From NCBI GenBank assembly GCA_963789955.1, contig CAWBMV010000006.1, positions 256,001-320,000 on the forward strand: a stretch of DNA of 64,000 nt. Reading direction: 5' to 3'. Under the pieces are notes generated by a model. It was not told the origin of the DNA and searched no databases. It was given only the letters and a program-made list of their open reading frames with translations. The DNA is from an uncultured Candidatus Rokubacteria bacterium (GTDB lineage: Bacteria > Methylomirabilota > Methylomirabilia > Rokubacteriales > CSP1-6). Shown here one piece after another: positions 1 through 9,899 of this stretch; the stretch's first letter is position 1, and every line of letters starts with the position of its first letter. The position numbers were made by a program, and so were the translations under genes.

Positions 1-505
1 CGAAGGGCTCGCGGTGAGCGTCGGCCCCGGCTCGTTCACCGGCCTGCGCGTCGGTCTCAGCACGGTGAAGGGGCTCGCGCTGGCCCTCTCGATCCCGGTC
101 GCGGCGGTTCCCACGCTCGACGCGATGGCGGCGATGCTGCCGTTCGCCTCGCTGCCGGTGTGTCCCGTGCTCGACGCGCGCAAGCGCGAGGTCTACGCCT
201 CGCTCTATCGCTGGGACGGCCTCACGATGCGCCGGGAGTGGGAGTATCTCGCGATCGCGCCCGACGATCTCGCTCGGCGCCTGGACGAGCCGGTGATCGT
301 CGTCGGCGATGGCGCGGACGCGATCAGCTCGCCGTTCGCGCGTCGCGTGCAGCCGCCGCGCCGGGGACCGGCTCCCGCGGTCGTCGGCGCGCTGGGGCAC
401 GCCCGGCTCGCGATCGGCGACACGGTCGCCGCCGCCGATCTCCTTCCCATCTATCTCCGGCCGTCCGAGGCCGAGCTGAAGCGACGCGGTGCCGCCGTCA
501 GTTGA
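1..505 (+). CDS. tsaB: tRNA threonylcarbamoyladenosine biosynthesis protein TsaB (5' end outside window)
   Basis: GPGSFTGLRVG and DARKREVY motifs, C-terminal PIYLRPSEAE; adjacent to rimI. Confidence 0.95.
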   Translation, partial: EGLAVSVGPGSFTGLRVGLSTVKGLALALSIPVAAVPTLDAMAAMLPFASLPVCPVLDARKREVYASLYRWDGLTMRREWEYLAIAPDDLARRLDEPVIVVGDGADAISSPFARRVQPPRRGPAPAVVGALGHARLAIGDTVAAADLLPIYLRPSEAELKRRGAAVS

Positions 506-959
506 CCGCATGCGGCCCGATGACCTCGACGAGGTCCTCGGAATCGAGCGGGCGTCCTTCACGATGCCCTGGTCACGGGGCGCCTTCCTCTACGAGATCC
601 AGCAGAATCGTGTGGCGCGCTGCTGGGTCATGCGCGAAGAGGGCCAGGTGGTGGGCTACCTCTGCCTCTGGGAGGTCGCCGACGAGATCCACATCACCAA
701 CATCGCCGTTCGGCCGGAGTGCCGCCGCCGGGGACTCGCCCGGACTCTCCTCGGAGGCATCCTGGAAGAGTCGCGGCAGCGCCGGATCAAGCTCGTCGTC
801 CTCGAGGTGCGGCCGAGCAACACCGAGGCGCGAACGCTCTATGAATCCTTCGGCTTCCGCGTCGTCGGGCGGCGGCGGGGCTACTACTACGATACGGGTG
901 AGGACGCGCTCGTCATGGAGGCCGACCTGCAGACCGCCAACCCGGGAACCCGTGCCTAG
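489..959 (+). CDS. rimI: Ribosomal protein S18 alanine N-acetyltransferase
   Basis: GNAT motifs (HITNIAV, RRRGLAR, LEVRPSN, RRGYY, EDALVM); usual tsaB-rimI linkage. Confidence 0.93.
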   Translation: MPPSVDRMRPDDLDEVLGIERASFTMPWSRGAFLYEIQQNRVARCWVMREEGQVVGYLCLWEVADEIHITNIAVRPECRRRGLARTLLGGILEESRQRRIKLVVLEVRPSNTEARTLYESFGFRVVGRRRGYYYDTGEDALVMEADLQTANPGTRA

Positions 960-1026
960 GCTCACCCGTTCGTGGTATTAAGGCGGGGTCCCACCGCCAC
1001 CGGTTTCTCGGATAGGGAGACTCAGA

Positions 1027-1671
1027 GTGCCCGGACTGGCTACATTTGCGAGCGCCGCGCTGGTCATCGTCCTGGCCGCGAGCCAGGCCCACGCCGACGC
1101 GATGTCGTTCAAGCTCTTGCCGAACTACTCGCGCGCCACGTTCAAGAGTGATGCGCCGCTCGAGACCTTCGTGGGCAACACCGCCGCCGAAGGCGTCGAC
1201 GGGACCCTGACCCTCGACCCGGCCAAGCCCCAGACCGCCACCGGATCGGTGAAGGTCGACATGAATCTCGTCAAGACCGGCATCGAGAAGCGCGACGCCG
1301 ACATGCGCAGCAAGAACTATCTCGACACCGAGGTGGCCGCCAATCGCTGGGTCACCTTCGAGCTGAAAAGCGTCGAGATCGCCGGACCGCTCGAGCCCGG
1401 CAAGACGGTCCCCGCGAAAGTGAAGGGCATCCTCACCGTGAAGCAGAAGCCGGTGGAGCGCGTCGCCGACGCGACCGTGACGTGGATCAAGCTGACGCCG
1501 GAGCAGGTCGAAGCCCAGAAGCGCTTCGGCTTCACCGCCGACAACATCAAGGTGCGGGCCAAGTTCGCGACGACCTTCACGGACCACGGCCTGCAGATCC
1601 CGCAGATCCTCTTCTACAAGGTCGCGAACGACATCCAGCTGGAGACCGACTTGACGTTCGCTCGCCAATAG
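1027..1671 (+). CDS. YceI-family periplasmic polyisoprenoid-binding protein
   Basis: Signal peptide (AHA-D); TGIEKRDADMR..YLD resembles the YceI TG..RD.HL motif; GILTVK strand. Confidence 0.8.
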   Translation: MPGLATFASAALVIVLAASQAHADAMSFKLLPNYSRATFKSDAPLETFVGNTAAEGVDGTLTLDPAKPQTATGSVKVDMNLVKTGIEKRDADMRSKNYLDTEVAANRWVTFELKSVEIAGPLEPGKTVPAKVKGILTVKQKPVERVADATVTWIKLTPEQVEAQKRFGFTADNIKVRAKFATTFTDHGLQIPQILFYKVANDIQLETDLTFARQ

Positions 1672-2571
1672 TGGGTGTCTTGACACGACGAGTCTGGCGT
1701 TTCGCCCTTCCGCTCCTGCTGTCGATCGCTTCGCTTCCCGCGCTCGCGTCCGCGCAGGCTCCCTCGGCGGCCGACCTCGCCCGGGGCAAGTACATCTTCG
1801 GCGCGACCGGCGGGTGCGGATGCCACACGGTGCCCAAGCAGGCGGCGAACGCCGGCGGACGGCGATACGACGGAGCGTTCGGCACGGTGTACTCGAGCAA
1901 CATCACGCCCGATCGCGAGACGGGCATCGGCGGCTGGACGGATGAGCAGATCATCACGGCGACTCGGCTCGGCCGGCGCCCCAACGGCGAGCGGCTCATC
2001 CCGGTGCATCCGTACACGGTCTTCAACGGCATGTCGGCCGACGACCTCAAGGCGCTGGTCGCGTTCCTGCGCTCGGTGCCGCCGGTGAAGCGGGCGAATC
2101 AGCCGAAGAAGATCTCCGTGCCCATGTTCGAGAGCGTGTTCCTGCCGGCATGGCTGGCGGCCTTCGCGCCGCGCGAGAATCCGCCGACGTCGGTGCCGAC
2201 CTGCGGGCGTCGCCCGCGGAGAGTATCTCGTCCGCGCGGTCGGCCACTGCGGCGAATGCCACACGCCTCGCACGATGACGATGGCGACCGACAACACGCG
2301 CTTCCTGGCGGGTAACCCCAAGGGCCCCGAGGACTCCGAGGTTCCCAACATCACGCCCGACAAGACGACGGGCCTGCAGTGGTCAGAAGAAGAAATCGCG
2401 GACTACCTCGCCACGGGCAACAAGCCCGACGGCGACGTGGCCGGCGGGCTCATGGGCGAGGTCATCGAAGGGACCTTGGCCGGATACAAGGACCTGACCA
2501 AGGCCGACCGGCTCGCGATCGCGCAGTATCTCAAGACCATTCCTCCGATCAAGAACAAGATCGGGAAGTGA
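1671..2571 (+). CDS. Periplasmic diheme cytochrome c (gluconate/sorbitol dehydrogenase cytochrome subunit-like); frameshift near 2200
   Basis: Signal peptide; RGKY..GGCGCHT and RGEYLVRAVGHCGECHTPR; two NITPD..G motifs; joins ORFs 1482..2315 and 2275..2571. Confidence 0.85.
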
Positions 2572-2636
2572 GCGCAGTGCCTTTCAAGCCGGATCGACCA
2601 ACGATCCGCTGGAACGAAACTCAAGGAGGAGGGGAC

Positions 2637-3138
2637 ATGAAGCTCCGACTCGCGAGGACCGGTGTGATCCTCGGTAGCCTCGTCGCGCTGGCCGTGGGCG
2701 GCTGCGCGAGCTCCAGCAAGTCCGCCACGATGGGGACGGGTGATCTGGTGGCGGAGCGCCAGCGGCTCATGAAGAACGTCGGCGCCAACTGGGCCGACAT
2801 CCAGGCCAAGGTCAAGGCGGGCGCGCCGGACACCGTGGCCGTGAACGCCGAGTCGCTGTCGCTGCACGCGCAGCGCATCCCCGGCCTGTTTCCGCCGAGG
2901 CTCGCTGACCGACAAGTCGAAGGCGAAGCCGGACATCTGGCAAAAGTGGCCCGAGTTCGAGGCCGCCGCGAAGAATCTCGAGAACCGCTCCGCCACATTG
3001 CGTGACCAGGCGATGGCGAAGGACGGCGCCGCGGTGACGGCGACCGTCGCGACGTTCGGCCGCGACGCCTGCGGCGCGTGCCACACGCCGTTCCGCGTCC
3101 CGCCGCCCCAGCAGCAGCCGGCGCAGCCGCGGTCCTGA
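2637..3138 (+). CDS. Cytochrome c' (class II), probable lipoprotein; frameshift near 2895
   Basis: Lipobox-like AVGGC; ERQRLMK, LFP.GS...SKAKPDIW, C-terminal CGACHTPFR. Confidence 0.85.
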
Positions 3139-3177
3139 AGCCAACGCGCCGATCCGCAGCAGACGCGTGAAGTCCGG

Positions 3178-3208
3178 CCGAGGAGGGTGCCATCGGCGCC
3201 CTCCTCGG
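3178..3208 (+). terminator. 14-bp stem-loop after the cytochrome c' gene, possible terminator
   Basis: ccgaggagggtgcc-atc-ggcgccctcctcgg, one G-U pair; no clear U-tract. Confidence 0.5.
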
Positions 3209-3240
3209 TGCTCGGCCCCTGTGCTAAGGTTAGGTCGCTC

Positions 3241-5229
3241 ATGACCTCGTCCGTTCCCTTCCGTGACACCTTCTGGAACGTCCCCGGCTGGGCCCAGGTG
3301 GCGCTCTACGTCGGCGGCGCGCTCGCGATCGCCATCTTCGCGTACGGGATGTGGCAGCGGGTGAGTCTGTGGCGGCGCGGGCTCCCCGAAGATCGGCTGG
3401 ATCGCATCCCCGAGCGCGTCGGCCGAGTTCTGACTCACGCGCTCGGCCAGGTCCGCACGCTCTCGCAGGCGTATCCCGGTGTCATGCACGCGATCATGTT
3501 CTGGGGCTTCCTCGCCCTGTTCATGGGCACGGCGCTGGCCACGCTCGACTGGGACATCACGTTGCCGCTGTTCGGCTACAAGCTCCTGAAGGGCCCGTTC
3601 TATCTGTTCTACGAGACCGTGCTCGACCTGTTCGGGCTCTTCTTCGTGATCGGCCTGGGCATGGCGGTGTGGCGGCGCTTCGTCCAGCGGCCGGCGCGCA
3701 TCGACGCGACGGCGCGCTTCGCGTGGGTGCTGACACTGCTGTTCGTGATCAACGTGAGTGGCTTCGTCATGGAGGCGTGCCGCCTCGCGGTGGTCGCGCC
3801 CTGGTGGGCGCCGTGGTCGCCGGTCGGCTGGGCCCTCGGACGCGGCTTCGTGGGGCTCGGCATGACGCCGGACGCGTTGCGCGGGCTGCACGTCGCGACC
3901 TGGGTCTTCCACGCGGTGCTGGCGCTCGCCTTCATCGCGGTCATCCCGTTCTCGTACTTCGTCCACCTGCTGACGACGCCGCTGAACATCTTCTTCTCGA
4001 AGCTCGGGCCGCGCGGCGCGATCGCGCCGATCAAGAACATCGAGGAGGCCGAGTCGCTCGGCATCTCGAAGCTCGAGGAGTTCTCGTGGAAGCGGCGGCT
4101 CGACTTCGACGCCTGCGTCGAGTGCGGGCGCTGCCAGGCGGCGTGCCCCGCCTACATGTCGGGCACGGCGCTCTCGCCCAAGCAGATCATCGTGAAGCTC
4201 AAGCGTCACATGCACGGCGAGCTGCCCGGCCCGATCCACGGCGAGCTGATCAAGGCCGACGAGCTCTGGGCGTGCACGACCTGCATGGCGTGCGTGCAGG
4301 AGTGCCCGGCCTTCATCGACATCGTCGACACGATCATCGACCTCCGGCGCTATCTGACCCTGTCCGAGGGCGCGTTGCCCTCGACGGCGCCCCAGTCGCT
4401 GCAGAACATCCAGCGAGCCGGGAACCCGTGGGGACTACCCGCCGGCGAGCGCCTGGCGTGGGCGCAGGGCCTCGACGTCCCGCTGATGGAGCCCGGTCGC
4501 GAGGTCGAATATCTCTACTGGGTCGGCTGCTCGGCCTCGTACGACCGGCGCAACCAGGCGATCGCGCGGTCGGTGGTGAAGATCCTCAAGACCGCCGGCG
4601 TGAGCTTCGGCGTCATGCAGGAAGAGCGCTGCCACGCCGAGGTCGGCCGGCGTCTGGGTGAGGAATATCTCTACCAGACCGTCGCCCAGGAGAACGTCGA
4701 AGCGGTCAACCAGTACAAGTTCCGCAAGGTGATCACGCACTGCCCGCACTGCTTCAACACCATCAAGAACGAGTTCCCGCAGTTCGGCGGCACCTACGAG
4801 GTGCTCCATCACTCGCAGGTCATCGAGCAGCTGATCGCCGACGGGCGGATCAAGCCGACGAAGTCGCTCGACGCGACTCTGGCGTTCCACGACTCGTGCT
4901 ACCTCGGACGTTACAACGGCATCACCGAGGCGCCGCGCAACGTCGCGAAGTCGGTTCCGGGTCTGCGAGTGATCGAGCTGCCGCGCAATCGCGAGCGCGG
5001 CCTGTGCTGCGGCGGGGGCGGCGGTCACATGTGGATGGAGGTCAAGGCCGAGAAGCGGGTGAACCTGATCCGCGTCGAAGAGGCGCTCGAGGCCAAGGTC
5101 GACCTGGTCGGCACGGGCTGTCCGTTCTGCCTGGCGATGATCGACCTCGGCCGCAAGGTGAAAGGCGCCGAAGACACGCTCGGCGTCAAGGACGTCAGCG
5201 AGCTGGTCGCGGAGAGCCTCGAGCCGTGA
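3241..5229 (+). CDS. FadF/HdrD-like membrane Fe-S oxidoreductase (NarI-like membrane domain, 2x[4Fe-4S], two CCG domains)
   Basis: N-terminal TM helices; CVECGRCQAACP, CTTCMACVQECP; YWVGC, CPHC, HDSCYLGR, CCGGGGG, CPFC. Confidence 0.9.
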   Translation: MTSSVPFRDTFWNVPGWAQVALYVGGALAIAIFAYGMWQRVSLWRRGLPEDRLDRIPERVGRVLTHALGQVRTLSQAYPGVMHAIMFWGFLALFMGTALATLDWDITLPLFGYKLLKGPFYLFYETVLDLFGLFFVIGLGMAVWRRFVQRPARIDATARFAWVLTLLFVINVSGFVMEACRLAVVAPWWAPWSPVGWALGRGFVGLGMTPDALRGLHVATWVFHAVLALAFIAVIPFSYFVHLLTTPLNIFFSKLGPRGAIAPIKNIEEAESLGISKLEEFSWKRRLDFDACVECGRCQAACPAYMSGTALSPKQIIVKLKRHMHGELPGPIHGELIKADELWACTTCMACVQECPAFIDIVDTIIDLRRYLTLSEGALPSTAPQSLQNIQRAGNPWGLPAGERLAWAQGLDVPLMEPGREVEYLYWVGCSASYDRRNQAIARSVVKILKTAGVSFGVMQEERCHAEVGRRLGEEYLYQTVAQENVEAVNQYKFRKVITHCPHCFNTIKNEFPQFGGTYEVLHHSQVIEQLIADGRIKPTKSLDATLAFHDSCYLGRYNGITEAPRNVAKSVPGLRVIELPRNRERGLCCGGGGGHMWMEVKAEKRVNLIRVEEALEAKVDLVGTGCPFCLAMIDLGRKVKGAEDTLGVKDVSELVAESLEP

Positions 5230-5573
5230 GGGCGATCTTGCGCGCCCTGCCGGACATCATCCGCACCATCGGCGGTCTGGCCCTCGACCCGGTGCTCCCG
5301 AAGGCGGCCAAGGTCGCGCTGGCCGCCGCCATTCTCTATCTCGTCTCGCCCATCGACCTGATTCCCGACTTCATCCCGGGCCTGGGCTACCTCGACGACG
5401 TCTTCGTCGCCGCGATCCTGGTCGACGGGATGCTGAATTTCGTGAACCGAGGCCTCGTGCTCAAGTACTGGCCCGGGAGCCCGGAGTCGCTCGAGCGCAT
5501 CGCGCGCTCGGCGCGCGTCCTGGCCGCCTGGGTGCCCCGCCGGCTGAAGCTGCGGATCTTCTCGAGCCTCTAG
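5226..5573 (+). CDS. YkvA/DUF1232 family membrane protein
   Basis: YLVSPIDLIPDFIPGLGYLDD signature; GTG overlaps upstream stop. Confidence 0.9.
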   Translation: MRAILRALPDIIRTIGGLALDPVLPKAAKVALAAAILYLVSPIDLIPDFIPGLGYLDDVFVAAILVDGMLNFVNRGLVLKYWPGSPESLERIARSARVLAAWVPRRLKLRIFSSL

Positions 5574-5585
5574 AACGCCGCCGGC

Positions 5586-6366
5586 TCACGCGGCGTCGCG
5601 CGGACCCGCTCGCCGGTCCGCGAGCAATCGCCGATAGTAGGCGCGGCCTCGGTCGTAGCCGCGGCGGAACGCCGGCTCCCGGTAGGTCGCCGGGTATCGA
5701 CGCTTCAGCTCAGCGTCGGGATCGCGCTCGACCCGATCGCGCAGTCGACAGCGCCGCCTCGAACCCTTCGCGGTAGACCGCCTCGTCGCGCTGAAAGTCG
5801 TGCCCATCGGCGCGATACTCGAACGCCTCGGTCTCGCGAAGACCGATCCACCACCGCTCACGCGCCGCGTCCACGCTCTCGGCGCCCGAGCCCTCCATCA
5901 CCGCCACGGCCCGCTCGCGCTCGTCGACGTCGGCCGGGGTGACGACGACGATCGCGTAGCCACGCCTGAGCGCGTCCTCGTAGACGAACAGCTCGTCCTT
6001 GGGCAGCCCGCTGACCAGCGCGTTCTCGAGCGCGCCGCCGACGACCGCGCCGCCCAGGCTCAGGAGCACGGCGCCGACGATACCGATCGCGATGGCCGGG
6101 CCGGCCACCGGGAGTACCGCACTCGCGGCCGCCGCCGCGCCCAGCTCGGCGCCGCTGGCCGCTCCGACGGCGCCGCCGAGGACCCCGCCGATCGCCTTGC
6201 CCATGCCCGGTTGTTCCGCCTCGCTCGTGGCGACCTTCGCGACCAGCGGCTCCGAGCCCGGAACCAGAACGTGAATACTCTTCGGCGACAGGCCGACGGC
6301 CCGCAGGTTGTTGACGGCACGCTCGGCCGATGCGCGATCGAAGAATATGCCAACTGTCGGAGTCAT
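5586..6366 (-). CDS. General stress protein-like (YflT/17M-type) membrane protein; frameshift near 5745
   Basis: VGIFFDRASAERAV..LR..G N-terminus, glycine-zipper TM segment, LFVYEDALRRG; C-terminus continues in ORF 5586..5861. Confidence 0.7.
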
Positions 6367-6500
6367 TCTCGCTTCTCCTCTCCCGTGAATCGCTGCCGGC
6401 GCCGACGGTGGATCGCGCGCTCGCGCGACACGCAGGCCGCCGCGATCAAGACGCCCGAGGTCACCGCCAGAGCCAGCCAGGCGGCATCGCTCATCGTCAT
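6363..6500 (-). CDS. Small single-pass membrane protein (about 45 aa)
   Basis: MTMSDAAWLALAVTSGVLIAAACV followed by a basic tail; stop overlaps the downstream ATG. Confidence 0.4.
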   Translation of the reverse strand: MTMSDAAWLALAVTSGVLIAAACVSRERAIHRRRRQRFTGEEKRE

Positions 6501-6613
6501 GAACACCAGGCCGCACCGCGCACACGCACCTCGCATGAGGTAATGACCTGAGGCCGCGTCTCGGGGCGCGACGCGATGCAGATCATCCTGTTCGATCTCT
6601 GGCGATTCCAAGC

Positions 6614-6628
6614 GCAAGAGACATGCCA
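6614..6628 (-). promoter_or_regulatory. Putative sigma54 (-24/-12) promoter
   Basis: Minus strand TGGCATGTCTCTTGC gives GG-N10-GC, close to TGGCAC-N5-TTGC. Confidence 0.6.
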
Positions 6629-6710
6629 CACCAGCACCGTGCTCGTGTCGTCGCGCACCTACGTCGCGATGATCGAGAGCACGCGGCGAAAGAGTGTCGC
6701 GATCGGGTAA

Positions 6711-6727
6711 TTCTTATCGAGTAAGAA
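6711..6727. promoter_or_regulatory. AT-rich inverted repeat, candidate operator or enhancer
   Basis: TTCTTA-tcgag-TAAGAA in a divergent intergenic region. Confidence 0.45.
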
Positions 6728-6795
6728 CGTGCTCGACCCGCGTGTGTTGACTGTTCGGGAGGTGGAGACTACCGTTGCGGGCCAGGGAGGAGACG

Positions 6796-7686
6796 ATGGC
6801 TGGAGCCGTTGGATTCATCGGACTGGGCAACATGGGTCGACCGATGGCGTTGAATCTCGCGAAGCAGGGCTTTCCGCTCGTCGTTCACGACATCGATCCG
6901 GCGAAGGTCGAGCCCCTGCGCGCGCGCGGCGCACAGGTCGCTGACTCGCCCGAGGCGGTATCCGCCGCGACCGACCGTACGATCTCGATGGTGGAGACGA
7001 CGGCGCAGGCCGAAGCCGTGATCACGGGCGAGCACGGCATCATCCGCACCGCGAGAGCCGGCCACATCGTGATCAGCATGAGCACGATCGATCCGCTCGT
7101 CGCGCGGCGCATCGGCGACGCGCTGGCGGCGCGCGGCGTGGCGATGCTCGACGCGCCGGTGAGCGGCGGCACCGAGCGGGCGAACTCGGGCGAGCTCTCG
7201 GTCATCGTCGGCGGCCCGGCGGAGACCTTCGAGGCCTGTCGCGATCTGTTCAAGGCCATGGGCACGAAGATCTTCCACGTCGGCGGGCTCGGGCAGGGAC
7301 TGGCGATGAAGCTCGTCAACAACATGCTGGTCCAGGTCAACATGGTGGCGGTGGCCGAGGCGCTCGTGCTGGGCGTGAAGGCCGGACTCGACCCGAAGAC
7401 GATCTACGAGGTCGTGCGCGTCAGCACCGGCACGAGCTCGGCATTCGAGCGCGGCGCCGCGCGCATGCTGGCGCGCGACTTCTCACCGGCGGGGACCGTG
7501 GACATCTCGTTCAAGGACCAGGAGCTCGAGACCGCGTTCGCGAAGCAGCTCGGCGCGCCGCTGTTGCTGGCGAACGTGAGCCAGCAGGTCTATCAGATGG
7601 CGCGCGCGGCCGGCCTCGGCAAACAGGACGGCACGGCCATCATCCAGGTGCTCGAGCGCCTGGCGGGTGTGAAGGTGGGCGGCTAG
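6796..7686 (+). CDS. NAD(P)-dependent beta-hydroxyacid dehydrogenase (3-hydroxyisobutyrate/tartronate semialdehyde reductase family)
   Basis: GFIGLGNMG, DAPVSGG, KLVNN, FKDQ motifs; GGAGG RBS. Confidence 0.92.
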   Translation: MAGAVGFIGLGNMGRPMALNLAKQGFPLVVHDIDPAKVEPLRARGAQVADSPEAVSAATDRTISMVETTAQAEAVITGEHGIIRTARAGHIVISMSTIDPLVARRIGDALAARGVAMLDAPVSGGTERANSGELSVIVGGPAETFEACRDLFKAMGTKIFHVGGLGQGLAMKLVNNMLVQVNMVAVAEALVLGVKAGLDPKTIYEVVRVSTGTSSAFERGAARMLARDFSPAGTVDISFKDQELETAFAKQLGAPLLLANVSQQVYQMARAAGLGKQDGTAIIQVLERLAGVKVGG

Positions 7687-8445
7687 AGCACGACCTCTCG
7701 AGCGACGCCGCGCAGGTCCATCTCGTACTCGAGCCCGATCACCGGCGGGCGGCTGGGAAACCAGCGCACGCCGTGGATCGCGGCGGCGCCGGCGGGCCCC
7801 AGGACGGTCTCGGCGAGGAGCGCCTCGATGGGCTGCGCGGTGTAGATGTCGATCGCGGTCACATCGGGCCAGGCCACGCCGAGCCCCTGCAGACGCGCCT
7901 GCATGATCCCCATGACGTGCGCCGCCTTCTCCCGCATCGCCGCCGCGGAGGTCTCGCCGTGGCGCACGATCCCCTCCGTGCCGACGCCGCGTTCGCGCAT
8001 CTCGCCCGCGCCCGCCACGATGAAGGTCGGCCGAGGCGTCGCGCCGGGGACCGTATAGCTGAAGGCGTAGAGCGAGGGTTCGCGCGGCGCGCCCGTCACC
8101 GGGGCCACGTTCGTCCGGGCGATCGGGTTGTCGCCGTCCACGTGCAGCTTCCACTCGGCCAGGAGCGCCTGATAGCCGGCGTTGAACGAGTCGAAGCCGT
8201 CGAAGCTGAACGGCGCCGGGCTCCGCAGCTCGATGGCGCACAAGCGCCGCGCGCGGTCGGTTCTCGGCGCGGAGATGGCGATCGATGAGACCGAAGCCGT
8301 CACGCCACGGGATCGGCGCGCGAAGCGTGGCGTGTACCACCTGGTAGCCGGCGATCGCCACGACACCCGACGAGAACGGCGCGATCCCGGGCAGGAAGCG
8401 ATAGTGACCGGCGTGGACGTCGCGGACGGGCGGGGTAGGGCTCAT
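7683..8445 (-). CDS. CnbZ-like (2-amino-5-chloromuconate deaminase-like) protein; frameshift near 8245
   Basis: YRFLPGIAPFSSGVVA, CAIELRSPAPFSF.GF..FN, NPIARTNVAP, RPPVIGLEYEMDLRGV. Confidence 0.75.
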
Positions 8446-8485
8446 GGTCCCGAACGGTACCATTTCTCGCCGTCCCCGGCGGGCC

Positions 8486-8514
8486 TTGACATTGTCGGAC
8501 GACCAACTTCTAAT
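8486..8514 (+). promoter_or_regulatory. sigma70-type promoter for the LIV-type ABC operon
   Basis: TTGACA-17 bp-TCTAAT upstream of a GGGAGG RBS and ATG at 8560. Confidence 0.6.
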
Positions 8515-8559
8515 GCCCGCGCAGAGCGGTAGCCGATCTACGCTCCCTGGGAGGCTCTC

Positions 8560-9884
8560 ATGTTTCGGAATAGACCGATGCGCGTCGTGTGTGGGCTGCT
8601 CGCGCTCGTGGTGGGCCTGGGTCTCGGAGTCGGCGTCCGACGCGCCCGCGCAGGGCAAGAAGCTCAAGATCGGCGTCATCTACGACTACACCGGCCCGCT
8701 CGCGGGCGGCGGCTCCGAGCTGCACGCGCTCGGCGCCAAGATCATGATCGACTACTTCATCAAGAAGGGCGGCGTCGAGGGCTACCAGACTCGAGGCCGT
8801 GTACGCCGACGCGCAGAGCAAGCCGGACGTCGCCATCAACGAGGCGGTGCGGCTGATCGAGCAGGAGAAGGTCGACATGCTGCTCGGCTTCTACTCGTCG
8901 GCGCAGTGCGTGCCGGCGGCCGCGCGGGTCGAGCAGCTCAAGAAGTTCATGTGGATCACCACGTGCATCTCCTCGGCGGTGCTCGAGAATCGCCACCTGA
9001 AATACGTCTTCCGGACTCAGCCGAGCGGCAAGCAGTTCGGGCTGATGTCGACGGACTTCCTCGCGCAGAACGCGAAGAGCAAGCTGGGCAAGGAGCCGAA
9101 GGATCTCCGCGTCGCGATCATCCACGAGGACGGCGCCTACGGCGTCGACGTCTCGCGAGGCAACGAGGAAGGCGCCAAGAAGGCCGGCTTCAACTGTCGT
9201 GCTGAAGGAAGGCTACTCCGCGACCGCGCCCGACCTGTCGGCGCTGGTGACCAAGCTCAAGCGCGGCCGCCCGGACGTCATCTTCCACACCGGCTACAAC
9301 CCGGACATCACGCTGTTTCTCCGTCAGGCCCGCGAGCAGGGTCTTCGCTTCAGCGCGCTGATCGGTCACGGCGCCGGGTACGGCGTCTACGACAAGCTGA
9401 AGGAGGCGCTCGGCCGGGACGTGAACTACTTCTTCAACGTCGACCCGATCTCGATCTGGCTGACCAACGAGAAGTCGCTGCGCGCCCCGCTGCCGGCCAT
9501 GATCAAGATGGTCGGCGAGGAGTACGAGAAGGCGCGGCCCGGCACGCAGGTTCGCGTCCGCGCACGTGGGCATGTCGGCGAGCAACACGTACGTGTTCAT
9601 GACCGAGGTGTTGCCGCGCGCCATCAAGAAGTACGGCGGGCATCGACGCCGAGGCGCTGCGCAAGGCGGCGCTCGAGGTCGATCTGCCGGAGGGCGGCAC
9701 GATGCTCGGGTTCGGTGTGAAGTTCGAGGGCGAGGCCGAGCCCATGGCGGGACAGAACGATCGCGCGTTCCCGGTCATCCTCCAGTACGTCGACGACAAG
9801 CCGTATATCGTGTGGCCCAAGAGCCAGCAGCAGCGTGAGCCCGTCCTGGCGCTGCCGGGCTCGTCGCCGTACGCGGCGCAGTAG
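8560..9884 (+). CDS. Branched-chain amino acid (HAAT) ABC substrate-binding protein; several frameshifts
   Basis: Signal peptide, KIGVIYDYTGPLAGGG, YADAQSKPD, IIHEDGAYG; spread over about five frames. Confidence 0.85.
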
Positions 9885-9899
9885 CCCCGACAGAGCTAC

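Noticed and set aside
1027..5229. One operon wiring the periplasmic cytochromes to the FadF/HdrD-like protein
   Set aside because: A strong hairpin (3178-3208) and a separate extended -10-like element lie between them, so the linkage is unsupported
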